From the NCBI GenBank assembly GCA_963665095.1, contig OY762069.1:4256001-4320000 (forward strand): a DNA stretch of 64,000 nucleotides, given 5' to 3'. This DNA is from an uncultured Desulfobacter sp. (GTDB lineage: Bacteria; Desulfobacterota; Desulfobacteria; Desulfobacterales; Desulfobacteraceae). A model generated the notes under the pieces. It was not told the origin of the DNA, searched no databases, and saw only the letters and a list, made by a program, of their open reading frames with translations. This document shows, piece by piece, positions 1 to 9,061 of the stretch (its first letter is position 1; each line of letters opens with the position of its first letter). A program made the position numbers and the translations under genes.

Positions 1-309
1 AAACCGCACCTGTCCGAGTTTTGCCGCTTCAGCCACGGCGAAGTCCATCTGTTCATCCACGGTGAGATCACAGGGGATAAAGGTCATTCGCCCGCCAAGG
101 TCTTCGCAAAGTTTTCGGGTCTCTTCACCTGCCTTTTCATTATAATCCAGCCCCGCCACGGTGAGCTTATTAGCGGCAGCGGCCACGGCAGTTGCCCGGC
201 CGATGCCGGAGCCCGCGCCGGTCACGATACATACCGTATCCGGTGTGAAAAGGTCATCTTTTATAATCAGAATCTCATCAGCGGTAATGACCGGTTCATT
301 GATATCCAT
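1..309 (-). CDS. SDR family oxidoreductase, 5' part only (possible 3-hydroxybutyrate dehydrogenase)
   Basis: Not in ORF track. Manual translation from ATG at 309: MDINEPVITADEILIIKDDLFTPDTVCIVTGAGSGIGRATAVAAAA...IPCDLT, with the TGxGxGIG motif; runs off the window. Confidence 0.85.
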   Translation of the reverse strand, partial: MDINEPVITADEILIIKDDLFTPDTVCIVTGAGSGIGRATAVAAAANKLTVAGLDYNEKAGEETRKLCEDLGGRMTFIPCDLTVDEQMDFAVAEAAKLGQVRF

Positions 310-354
310 AATCGGGTCCTTTCGTGTCTGTTTTGTTAAAACGCCTGGTTACCG

Positions 355-2301
355 CTACGAAGACAACGCATCCAGATCTCTGTAATAATCCAGAGCTTCC
401 GGATTTTTCAGGGCATCTGTATTCTTCACCGGGCGGCCGTGGATCACGTTTCTTACGGCCAGCTCCACCTTTTTCATGTTCAGGGTATAGGGGATATCGG
501 GGACGGCGATAATCTTCGCCGGCACATGCCGGGGAGAGGCATTGCTGCGGATATCAGACCGGATTTTGGCTTTCAGTGCTTCGTCTAACACAATTCCGTC
601 GGGCAGTTTAACAAAAAGGAGCACCCGGACATCGTTTTCCCAGTTCTGCCCCACAACCACAGAGTCCTCGATTTCAGGCATCTGCTCCAGACGCCGGTAG
701 ATCTCGGCAGTGCCTATGCGCACCCCGCCCGGATTCAGCGTGGCATCGGACCGGCCATAGATAATCACTCCGCCTCTCTCCGTAATTTCAATAAAGTCCC
801 CATGGGTCCACACCCCGGGATATACATCAAAATAGGCAGAATGATACCGGGAGCCGTCTTCATCCCCCCAGAATTTCACCGGCATGGATGGAAAGGCCTT
901 TTCACAAACCAGTTCACCCTGCTCGCCGATCAGGGGCTTGCCATCGGGATCGTAGGCGGCGACTTTCATGCCAAGCCCCCTGCACTGGAGTTCGCCTGCG
1001 TACACAGGATCCAGGGGGTTACCCAGGGCAAAGCAACCGTTGAGATCAGAACCGCCGGAAATGGAGGAGAGCTGCATGTCGCCCTTGATCTCCCGGTAGA
1101 TAAAATCAAAATCCTCGGCTGACAGAGGAGAGCCTGTGGACAACAGGGAGCGAAGGGATGACAGATCAAAATCCCTGCCCGGCAGAACCCCTGCGTTTCG
1201 CAAGGCTGCGATATATCCGGCAGAGGTTCCGAATATGGAGATCTTCTCCTCTTCAGCCATGCGCCACAGGGCATCAGGTCCCGGATGGAAGGGATTGCCG
1301 TCGTAAAGCACCAGGGTGGCCCCCAGGGACAGCCCGCAGGTGAGCCAGTTCCACATCATCCACCCGCAGGTGGTAAAGTAAAACAGGGTGTCCTCCCGCC
1401 TGAGATCGGTATGCAGTTTCAGCTCCTTCATCTGGTGGACCAGGACCCCGCCGGCACTTTGCACCATGCACTTGGGAAGGCCAGTGGTGCCGGAGGAGTA
1501 CATGATGTAAAGGGGATGCTCAAAGGGCAGCTGCGTAAAGATCATCTCCTGGTTGTCCAGACCAAAATCCTCATAGGCAACCGCTTTGGGAAGACCTGAA
1601 ATATCCGGAGACTCCGAAATATAGGGTACCACCACCAGCTTTTCTATGGACGGAATCTGTTCCATGATGCCGGCCACCCGCTCCAGGCATGACAGGGGCT
1701 TGCCCTTGAAGAAATACCCGTCTGCCGCAACCAGTACTTTGGGCTGGATCTGTCCGAACCGGTCCATGATGCCTTTGATGCCGAAATCCGGAGAACAGGA
1801 TGACCAGAGCGCGCCAATGCTGGTGGCCGCCAGCATGAAAATAATGGTTTCAGGCATGTTGGGCATGAAGCCGGTCACCCGGTCACCTGGTTTAAGTCCC
1901 ATATCTCTTAAGGCTGCCGCCACAGACGCTGTTTTCTCATAGAGTTCCGCATAGCTCAGGGTCTGCCGGACCTTATCTTCACCGCGAAAAATAAGTGCTG
2001 TCTCATTGTCCCGGTACCTGAGCAGATTTTCAGCAAAGTTCAGCCTGGCACCTTCAAACCAGCGGGCCCCGGGCATCTTGTTTTCGTCATCCACCACCCG
2101 GGTGTAGGATTTTGAGTAATGAATACCCTCTTCCTTCCAGATCTCTGTCCAGAAATCGGAAACATTTTCCACAGACCAGGTATAAAGGTCGCTGTACTCT
2201 TTCAGGCTCAGATTGCGGGAAGCATTGACCCGCTGCATGAACCGATACATATTTGAGGCCTCCCGGCGCTGGGACGAGGGGGTCCATAAAAGTCGTGACA
2301 T
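355..2301 (-). CDS. Acetoacetate--CoA ligase
   Basis: 648 aa; WFEGARLNFAENLL, YSSGTTGLPK, TTCGWMMWNW, SISGGSD, GRSDATLNPGGVRIGTAEIY typical of acetoacetyl-CoA synthetases. Confidence 0.93.
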   Translation of the reverse strand: MSRLLWTPSSQRREASNMYRFMQRVNASRNLSLKEYSDLYTWSVENVSDFWTEIWKEEGIHYSKSYTRVVDDENKMPGARWFEGARLNFAENLLRYRDNETALIFRGEDKVRQTLSYAELYEKTASVAAALRDMGLKPGDRVTGFMPNMPETIIFMLAATSIGALWSSCSPDFGIKGIMDRFGQIQPKVLVAADGYFFKGKPLSCLERVAGIMEQIPSIEKLVVVPYISESPDISGLPKAVAYEDFGLDNQEMIFTQLPFEHPLYIMYSSGTTGLPKCMVQSAGGVLVHQMKELKLHTDLRREDTLFYFTTCGWMMWNWLTCGLSLGATLVLYDGNPFHPGPDALWRMAEEEKISIFGTSAGYIAALRNAGVLPGRDFDLSSLRSLLSTGSPLSAEDFDFIYREIKGDMQLSSISGGSDLNGCFALGNPLDPVYAGELQCRGLGMKVAAYDPDGKPLIGEQGELVCEKAFPSMPVKFWGDEDGSRYHSAYFDVYPGVWTHGDFIEITERGGVIIYGRSDATLNPGGVRIGTAEIYRRLEQMPEIEDSVVVGQNWENDVRVLLFVKLPDGIVLDEALKAKIRSDIRSNASPRHVPAKIIAVPDIPYTLNMKKVELAVRNVIHGRPVKNTDALKNPEALDYYRDLDALSS

Positions 2302-2374
2302 GACGCTTTCTCCTTTTTACTTGAATTGTTGCAGGACAATCCTGTCAGGCATCCTGCTATGTACATTATCCGGA

Positions 2375-3709
2375 CTAATCCACCATAACCGAAGGCAGCC
2401 ACATTACCGCTTCCGGAAACACCGCACAAAGTATGAGCCCGATCATCATCAGCGTTACAAAGGGAACTATGCCCCGGTAAACATGGGCCAGTTTCACCCC
2501 GGGGGGCGCCACGCCCTTGATATAAAAGAGCGCATACCCAAAGGGCGGGGTTAAAAATGACGCCTGAAGATTGACCGCAATCATTACTACAAACCAGACC
2601 ATATCAAATCCAAGGTCTTTGGCAATGGGAAGAAACAATGGAAAACAGATCAACACGATGCCGATCCAGTCGATGAACATGCCCAAAAGAAAAACAATGG
2701 CCATCATTACCCAGAATACACCCCACTTGCCAAAGCCTAATCCCAGAACAAACCCGGTGACCACATCGCCGCCCCCAACCCCCAGGAAGACACCGGTAAA
2801 ACAGGTGGCGCCGCAGAGCAGGAATATGACCATGGTGTTGATACGAACCGTATTGATGGCTGCGTTTTTAAGTACTTCCCAGGAAAATTTCCCGTAAACA
2901 ACCACCATGAGAAAGGCAATGAACGCCCCCACACCGGATGCTTCCGTGGGCGTGGCAATGCCGGTGAAAATACTTCCCAGAACACCTAAGACCAGGATCA
3001 TGGGCGGGACTAAAGACTTCATCACCATGAAAAAAATCTGGGTCTTGGAAACCTCTGAGGCTTCCTCTTTGCTGATGGGAGGGCCCAGGTCCGGATTTTT
3101 CCAGCACCGGATAAAAATATAGGCCACGTACAGGACTGAAAGAATCATTCCGGGAAACACGGCTCCGGCAAACAGCTTGCCCACCGAAATCGTGGCCTGG
3201 TTGGCCATGACCACCAGCATGATGCTGGGTGGAATCAGAATTCCCAGGGTCCCGGAGGCGGAGATGGCCCCGCAGCTCAGCTCCTTCTGATAACCGTATT
3301 CGATCATCATGGGCAGTGCCAGAAGTCCCATGGTCACAATGGAGGCGCCCACAATGCCGGTACAGGCGGCAAACAGGGTGGAAACAATGACCACCGTGAG
3401 GCCTATCCCGCCGGGCATGGGGCCTAACAGATAGCGCATGGCCCGGAACAGCTCTCCTGCCACCCCGGACGAGTCCAGAAGCTGGGCCATGAAAACAAAG
3501 AGTGGTATGGCCAGCAGGACATAGTTGTCCATTACCCCCCAGATGCGGTTCATAAAAAGATAGAAGATAGACGGCCCCCAGCCGATATACCCGAACACAA
3601 CGGCAAGGCCGCCTAACACAAATGCCAGGGGATGCCCCATGAACAGGCCGATCAACAGGCCTGCGAACATCAGAATCGTTAACCACTCCGGACTGATATC
3701 AAACATCAT
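2375..3709 (-). CDS. dctM: TRAP transporter large permease
   Basis: 444 aa hydrophobic; LLAIPLFVFM, GTLGILIPPSI, GIATPTEAS, FLTPPFG. Confidence 0.93.
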   Translation of the reverse strand: MMFDISPEWLTILMFAGLLIGLFMGHPLAFVLGGLAVVFGYIGWGPSIFYLFMNRIWGVMDNYVLLAIPLFVFMAQLLDSSGVAGELFRAMRYLLGPMPGGIGLTVVIVSTLFAACTGIVGASIVTMGLLALPMMIEYGYQKELSCGAISASGTLGILIPPSIMLVVMANQATISVGKLFAGAVFPGMILSVLYVAYIFIRCWKNPDLGPPISKEEASEVSKTQIFFMVMKSLVPPMILVLGVLGSIFTGIATPTEASGVGAFIAFLMVVVYGKFSWEVLKNAAINTVRINTMVIFLLCGATCFTGVFLGVGGGDVVTGFVLGLGFGKWGVFWVMMAIVFLLGMFIDWIGIVLICFPLFLPIAKDLGFDMVWFVVMIAVNLQASFLTPPFGYALFYIKGVAPPGVKLAHVYRGIVPFVTLMMIGLILCAVFPEAVMWLPSVMVD

Positions 3710-4214
3710 CCCACTCCTTGATTATGAAGATCTCCTTGATTACCTGGGATATTCCCTGGAGCAGCAGCAGCCCAAAGGTTACCACAATCACTGTTTTCAC
3801 AGGGTAAAGGGGCGGCGCAAACACACTCCAGGTATGTTCCTTCATCTTCCATGATGTGGCGGCAAAAATGTACCCCTGCCAGATCCCCACAATGCAGAAC
3901 GGGAAATAGAAAATCAGGTAGGAAATAATTGATAACACAGCCTGCTTTTTTTTAGACAACACCTGGGTAAACACATCCACTGACACATGGGACCCGTACA
4001 GCAGGCCATATGCCGCCACCAGCATAAAATGAACAGCATAGATCTGTTTCAGGGTCTCAAAACTCCAGATCGTAGGCGATCCAAATCCCCGCCTCAGGAT
4101 AACTTCCATCACCGTGAGCAGCACCAGCGGAACAATGAGCCAGGCAAAAAGCCTGCCGATCCAGTCATTCAGCCCGTCCACGGCCCGCCGGACTCTTAAC
4201 AGCGCGTTCTTCAA
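3699..4214 (-). CDS. dctQ: TRAP transporter small permease
   Basis: About 4 TM segments, HVSVD motif, lies between dctP and dctM; TTG start at 4214 chosen from AAGGAGG RBS at 4220-4226. Confidence 0.88.
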   Translation of the reverse strand: MKNALLRVRRAVDGLNDWIGRLFAWLIVPLVLLTVMEVILRRGFGSPTIWSFETLKQIYAVHFMLVAAYGLLYGSHVSVDVFTQVLSKKKQAVLSIISYLIFYFPFCIVGIWQGYIFAATSWKMKEHTWSVFAPPLYPVKTVIVVTFGLLLLQGISQVIKEIFIIKEWDDV

Positions 4215-4355
4215 AGTCACCTCCTTGCGGCACTTTAATTCCCTATGCCGCGCTTCAAGCAAATTGACATGATTACCTATGAATACAGCAGTCCCCAGAT
4301 TCTGCCCGCAGGCAGTTACTCACACGCCTGCAGGCGCTTATAATAAAGTTCCGGG

Positions 4356-4427
4356 GTTTGGGCCAGAAGCTGCCCAGATGCAAAATTTTCTGCAACGCCG
4401 CAGGTGGGCGGCTTCTGGTTCAAACCC
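4356..4427 (+). repeat. Structured MITE/REP-like repeat family A, internally deleted copy
   Basis: GTTTGGGCCAGAAGCTGCCCAGATGCAA...CAACGCCGCAGGTGGGCGGCTTCTGGTTCAAAC; homologous to 8491-8634 and 36005-36156; abuts dctP stop. Confidence 0.8.
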
Positions 4428-5506
4428 TATTTAATGTCCGGGTAGGAGGCTGGATTGTATCCAAACCCAAATGGGCCTTCCATCTGGCGCCATTTGGCAA
4501 ATTTTTTCCGGAATTCAATCTGGGACTGGATGGATTTTTTAAACAGCGGCTCTTTGGCGGCAATCTCTTCGGTGTGCTTGTCGATAAGCGTCTGAACGCG
4601 GGCCAGATCCTCTTCAGGATAGGAATTGATCTCAATGCCCTTGTCTACGAATTTCTGGGTATATTCGATAACGTCATAGTATTGTTTGCACAAAAACTCC
4701 AGGGTGGCAACCTTGGCGGCATAGCTAATGGTCTGCTTAAGATCGTCAGGCAGTTCCTCCCATGCCTTTTTGTTGATCATTACGCCCATGACCGATGCCG
4801 GCTGATGCCATCCGGGGACTGCCCAGTATTTGGTAACTTCGGCAAAACCCATGCCCCAGTCAGATGAAGGGCTTGAAAATTCACAGGCATCAATGGTGCC
4901 TTTCTGCATGGCCTGGTAGATTTCCTGACCGGCCATGGCCACCTGGGCGGCCTGAAGGTCTTCCAGCAGATGCCCCTGGGTTTTTCCGGACATACGGATT
5001 TTCATTCCCTTAAGATCGTCCAGGCTTTTGATGGGTTTGTTACTGCGGATGCCACACTCCATGGGGGTGACCCCGGTAACCAGATAGTGCATGCCGAACT
5101 TGCCGTAGGCTTCCTGGTAAATGCCCAGTCCGCCGGCACTGTAAATCCAGAGCATGTAATCCATGGGGGTAAGTCCCATGGGGTAGGAGCCCAGGGAGTC
5201 AAACACCCGGTCTTTGCCGGCCCAGTAGTTGGGCCAGTCGCCGGCTGCCTGGATAGTTCCCTTGCTTACAGCATCAAACACCTCATAGGAGGGCATAAGG
5301 GTTCCGCCCGTGAAAAACTGGATTTTAAGCCGGCCTTCGCAAAGGTGGTTCACTGCCTTTACAAAGGCCTGGTCCGCCTCTATCAGGGAAATTGACGGGG
5401 GCCAGGTGGAAGTCATTTTCCACCGGATCACTTTGGCTGAAAGCGGGCTGGCTGCCCAGATTGTTAAAATCCCTGCCAGAACCAGAATAGACGTAATCTT
5501 CTTCAT
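4427..5506 (-). CDS. dctP: TRAP substrate-binding protein (monocarboxylate/keto-acid type)
   Basis: Signal peptide, RWKMTSTWP, DLKGMKIR, PGWHQP. Confidence 0.92.
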   Translation of the reverse strand: MKKITSILVLAGILTIWAASPLSAKVIRWKMTSTWPPSISLIEADQAFVKAVNHLCEGRLKIQFFTGGTLMPSYEVFDAVSKGTIQAAGDWPNYWAGKDRVFDSLGSYPMGLTPMDYMLWIYSAGGLGIYQEAYGKFGMHYLVTGVTPMECGIRSNKPIKSLDDLKGMKIRMSGKTQGHLLEDLQAAQVAMAGQEIYQAMQKGTIDACEFSSPSSDWGMGFAEVTKYWAVPGWHQPASVMGVMINKKAWEELPDDLKQTISYAAKVATLEFLCKQYYDVIEYTQKFVDKGIEINSYPEEDLARVQTLIDKHTEEIAAKEPLFKKSIQSQIEFRKKFAKWRQMEGPFGFGYNPASYPDIK

Positions 5507-5602
5507 CCCATGCTCTCCTTAATTTAATGTTATGTGTTAAATGCACCGGTACCGGGAAAGGTGCCGGAGAATCTCTTTGTCGAAGGTGCAGCTCCCTGAT
5601 TT

Positions 5603-5618
5603 AGCAAATGACATGCCA
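5603..5618 (-). promoter_or_regulatory. Sigma54 -24/-12 promoter of the dctPQM-ligase-SDR operon
   Basis: Minus strand TGGCATGTCATTTGCT = GG-N10-GC, about 100 bp upstream of dctP and next to an enhancer-binding protein gene. Confidence 0.85.
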
Positions 5619-5706
5619 GAAGGTACAGCTCCCTCCTGAACGCCCTGAAATAGAAAGGCTTTTATTCTATAAATCAAATTCAGACTTTGGAATGACCTCT
5701 AAAATG

Positions 5707-5724
5707 TGTAGCCACAACGCGACA
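5707..5724. promoter_or_regulatory. Putative enhancer (UAS) for the sigma54 activator
   Basis: TGTAGCCACAACGCGACA = TGT-N12-ACA, about 90 bp upstream of the -24 box. Confidence 0.55.
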
Positions 5725-5777
5725 GATGCTGCCCAATCGAAGTCATGAGAAAGCGGGGTCAGGCAGAAAGCATGGAC

Positions 5778-7190
5778 TTATAAATTCGCATTCAGCGGCA
5801 GGGCGTATTTTCGAATTTTTTTATATAAGCTGGTTCTGTGAATCCCTAAAAGCTTGGCAGCTTTACTTTTATTATAGTCACAGGATTCAAGGGCTGCCAG
5901 AATGGCATCCCGTTCGGTGCGGGTCTGCAAATCCTGAAGCTTCCCATGCCCCCCCGAAGGCCGGACAACAGCTGCTGTCACCGTGTCAGGCAGATCCCAT
6001 TCCCGGATCTTTTTCCCGTCAAACTGACTGAAGGCCTGTTCCAGGGCATTGACCAGCTCCCGGACATTCCCCGGCCAGGTGTGATTCTCCAGAAGTGCCA
6101 TGGCCCCTGGCAGAAGCGTTGGAACAGGGTGCCCGGCCTGGCGGGCAATTTCCCTGAGCAGGTATTTCGCCAGAAGAGAAATATCACCGTTTCTGTCCCG
6201 CAGAGGAGGCAGATTCAAAGAGATTACGTTAAGACGATAAAACAGGTCGTTCCTGAACCGGCCTTGGTTCATACGCCGGCCCAGGTCTTGGTTTGTGGCG
6301 GCAATAACCCTGAAATCGCATTTAATGACCCGGGTACCGCCCACACGTTCAACCGCTTTTTCTTCCAGGACCCGCAGTAGTTTAGCCTGCATACTGACGG
6401 GCATATCCCCGATCTCATCCAGGAAAATCGTGCCCTGATGGGCCAGCTCAAACTTGCCTGGTTTACCGCGGTTACCGGCCCCTGTATACGCGCCGGGATC
6501 ATAGCCGAAAAGCTCGGATTCCAGAAGATTTTCAGGAATGGCCGCACAATTGATTTTAACAAAAGGGTAGTTTTTTCGAACGCTGTGGTTATGGATAGCA
6601 TGGGCGAAAAACTCTTTTCCCGTACCGCTTTCACCGCTGATGAGCACCGGAAACGCATTGGCGGATGCCCGCCGGGCCTGGGACCGGACCCTGACCATGG
6701 GGTCACTTTCCCCAATAATGCTGTCAAAGGTATACCGGGCTGTATGGCCGCTGTGGCTTTCGTGACGGTTGGCGGCACCGTCCAGGGCCTCCACCGTTCT
6801 TGCCAGATGGGTGACCTTGTTCAGGTCGCTGAACAGAACCCTGCCAAATACGGCAATCACCCTGTCGTAACGTTTCACCGGGATCCGTTCGACCATAATA
6901 TTCACCCCGCGCAGGTTCTGGATCTGGTTGAGCTCTGAGATACCGGTCTGTCCCACCACGTGCATCCGAGAGTTATCAATCACCTCGGTACAGTGCCGGC
7001 CCACCTGAACTTCAGGATCCACTTCAAGGAACTGTCCATAGGAAGAGTTCAGATAGAGGATGTAGCCATCGGGATCTGTGATGATAATGCCGTTTTCCGT
7101 ACTGTCGAAAATCCGAAGAAACAGATCAACCTGCTGCCTGAAATCATCGGACCCATCACCTAAACCTGCCATGCCTGTATATGAATGCAT
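5778..7190 (-). CDS. Sigma54-dependent transcriptional activator (PAS-AAA+-Fis HTH)
   Basis: GESGTGKE, ESELFG, GAYTGA, FLDEIG, WPGNVREL, NKSKAAKLLGIHRTSLYKK; N-terminal PAS; ATG at 7190 follows an RBS. Confidence 0.95.
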   Translation of the reverse strand: MHSYTGMAGLGDGSDDFRQQVDLFLRIFDSTENGIIITDPDGYILYLNSSYGQFLEVDPEVQVGRHCTEVIDNSRMHVVGQTGISELNQIQNLRGVNIMVERIPVKRYDRVIAVFGRVLFSDLNKVTHLARTVEALDGAANRHESHSGHTARYTFDSIIGESDPMVRVRSQARRASANAFPVLISGESGTGKEFFAHAIHNHSVRKNYPFVKINCAAIPENLLESELFGYDPGAYTGAGNRGKPGKFELAHQGTIFLDEIGDMPVSMQAKLLRVLEEKAVERVGGTRVIKCDFRVIAATNQDLGRRMNQGRFRNDLFYRLNVISLNLPPLRDRNGDISLLAKYLLREIARQAGHPVPTLLPGAMALLENHTWPGNVRELVNALEQAFSQFDGKKIREWDLPDTVTAAVVRPSGGHGKLQDLQTRTERDAILAALESCDYNKSKAAKLLGIHRTSLYKKIRKYALPLNANL

Positions 7191-7413
7191 ATCCCCCTCT
7201 TTATACAATCAGCTACATGTTGACGATTTACTACAATCCTTTAGAACAGACTGGACAGCGATGTCAATAATTTTAGAAGGATAAGCCTGATCCGGGATAA
7301 CCGGTATTAATTTTTCCGGTTTCGGGAAGGCAGATTGAAATATCCACTGCGGGGATATGCGCTGTCATGGGCTGTTGCGAATGAAAACCTTTGCTGAAGT
7401 GGATCTTTATGGA

Positions 7414-8409
7414 CTACCTGGAAAGTGCTCCGGGATTGACAATATGCGGGACCCGGCCGGTGGTATAAAACGCGATGATATTTTCCGCTGCCATCCGGGA
7501 CATCTTGTCCCTGGCTTCCCGGGTGGCAGAACCTATATGGGGAAGGACACAGACATTATCCATGGAAAGCAGGGGGTGTTTGCGATCCATGGGTTCAGGA
7601 TCAGTGACATCAAGGCCTGTACCCCAGATGAGCTGTTCGTCAAGGGCCCGGACAAGGTCATCCTGGTTATGCACCGGTCCTCTGGCCGTGTTGATGAACA
7701 ACGCGTCCCGCTTCATTTTCTTAAAGGCTTCGTAGTTGAAAATTCCTTGGGTTTCAGGGCTGAGTACGCTGTGTACCGAGATCACATCGCTTTGTTCCAG
7801 AAGGGTGTTAAAATCCACCCGCCGGGCCCCTGCTTTCTCTTCGGCTTCAGGATGAACGCTGCGGCTGTGGTAGATCACGTCCATATTGTATGCGCCTTTG
7901 CACTTCATGGCCATGTTCAAACCGATACGGCCCATGCCGAAAACGCCCAGGGTCTTGTTATCAAGCTCCATGCCAAGGTTGGCGCAGGGGACAAAAGTGC
8001 CCCACTCTCCGTTGAGGATGATTTTATGGTTAAAAAACATCTTCCTTGCCGTGGCTATCATGAGGCCAAAGGAAATATCGGCGGTGGCTTCGGTCATGGC
8101 CCCGGGGGTGTACCCCACAGGAATCCCGGCCTTCGTGGCAGCAGAGATATCAATATTGTCATATCCCACGGCAAACTGGGAAATGATGTCCAGATGGGCG
8201 TTGGCCTTTATATAATCCGCATCAATTTTCTCAGTGAGGGTACAGAAAAGTGCGTTGAAATGCCTGGTCTCAGCCTTCAACTGGGCCGGGGTCATGGGCG
8301 CTTCCCTTTCCCAGAGGGTCAGCTTGAATCCTTTTTCCACAAGCATATGAAGCCCGGAGGTTGGAAACTCCCGGGTAACCAGTACTTTTACATCTCTGGG
8401 GTCTTTCAT
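7414..8409 (-). CDS. D-2-hydroxyacid dehydrogenase (glyoxylate/hydroxypyruvate reductase-like)
   Basis: AVGYDNID, GMGRIG, INTARG, LDVTDPEP, PHIGSAT. Confidence 0.93.
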   Translation of the reverse strand: MKDPRDVKVLVTREFPTSGLHMLVEKGFKLTLWEREAPMTPAQLKAETRHFNALFCTLTEKIDADYIKANAHLDIISQFAVGYDNIDISAATKAGIPVGYTPGAMTEATADISFGLMIATARKMFFNHKIILNGEWGTFVPCANLGMELDNKTLGVFGMGRIGLNMAMKCKGAYNMDVIYHSRSVHPEAEEKAGARRVDFNTLLEQSDVISVHSVLSPETQGIFNYEAFKKMKRDALFINTARGPVHNQDDLVRALDEQLIWGTGLDVTDPEPMDRKHPLLSMDNVCVLPHIGSATREARDKMSRMAAENIIAFYTTGRVPHIVNPGALSR

Positions 8410-8490
8410 GGGGTGTGTCCTGCGTATACTTTCTCTTGCGGTAAATCTTGAGGTTCTTGCTCAAAGTAATCTTCATTCAAACACTGCTCA

Positions 8491-8634
8491 GTGCCCGAAC
8501 AGGATTTTCAGTTTGGACGAGAAGTTGCCCAGATGCAAGGCACAGGAAAATTTGTAACCGGAGCAACCCTTTCGGTTGTGAGGATTACAAATTTTCCTGT
8601 AACGCCGCAGGTGGGTGACTTGTCGTTCAAACAT
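8491..8634 (+). repeat. Structured MITE/REP-like repeat family A, full copy
   Basis: Long nested hairpin 8511-8632; imperfect terminal inverted ends; followed by TA of the yjbQ stop codon. Confidence 0.85.
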
Positions 8635-9026
8635 TACCTGCCAATGACGGTTACATTAATTTTCCTGGTTCTGGGGCCATCAAACTCGCAGAAAAAAATA
8701 CTCTGCCAGGTACCCAGAACCAGATGACCGTTTTCCAGGGCAATGGTTTCAGACGGCCCGAAAAGACTGACTTTTATGTGGGCTGCTGAGTTACCCTCCA
8801 TGTGTTTAAAGTTGTCGTCAAAAGGAATCACCTTGTTGATACAGGATAAAATATCCACAGGCACTGCCGGATCTGCGTTTTCATTAACGGTCACCGCCCC
8901 TGTGGTGTGCATGGAAAACACGTGCACAAGGCCGTCCATAATACCCGACTGGTTCACAAGCTCCTGAACCTGGGAGGTGATATCCATCATCTGGGTCCGG
9001 GACCCTGTCTGAATTGAAAACCGCAT
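8634..9026 (-). CDS. yjbQ: YjbQ/UPF0047 family protein
   Basis: HTTGAVTVNENADP, HMEGNSAAHIK, LGTWQSIFFCEFDGPR. Confidence 0.92.
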   Translation of the reverse strand: MRFSIQTGSRTQMMDITSQVQELVNQSGIMDGLVHVFSMHTTGAVTVNENADPAVPVDILSCINKVIPFDDNFKHMEGNSAAHIKVSLFGPSETIALENGHLVLGTWQSIFFCEFDGPRTRKINVTVIGR

Positions 9027-9061
9027 CAGATGATTCCTTTCACGTAAAGACTAAAAAGCCG

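Noticed and set aside
6470..6500. GAYTGA instead of GAFTGA as a sign of an inactive activator
   Set aside because: Tyr is a known tolerated variant, and a good sigma54 promoter is adjacent
7357..8451. 364-aa plus-strand ORF (likewise 24565-25488 and 31859-32848)
   Set aside because: Antisense shadows of well-supported genes
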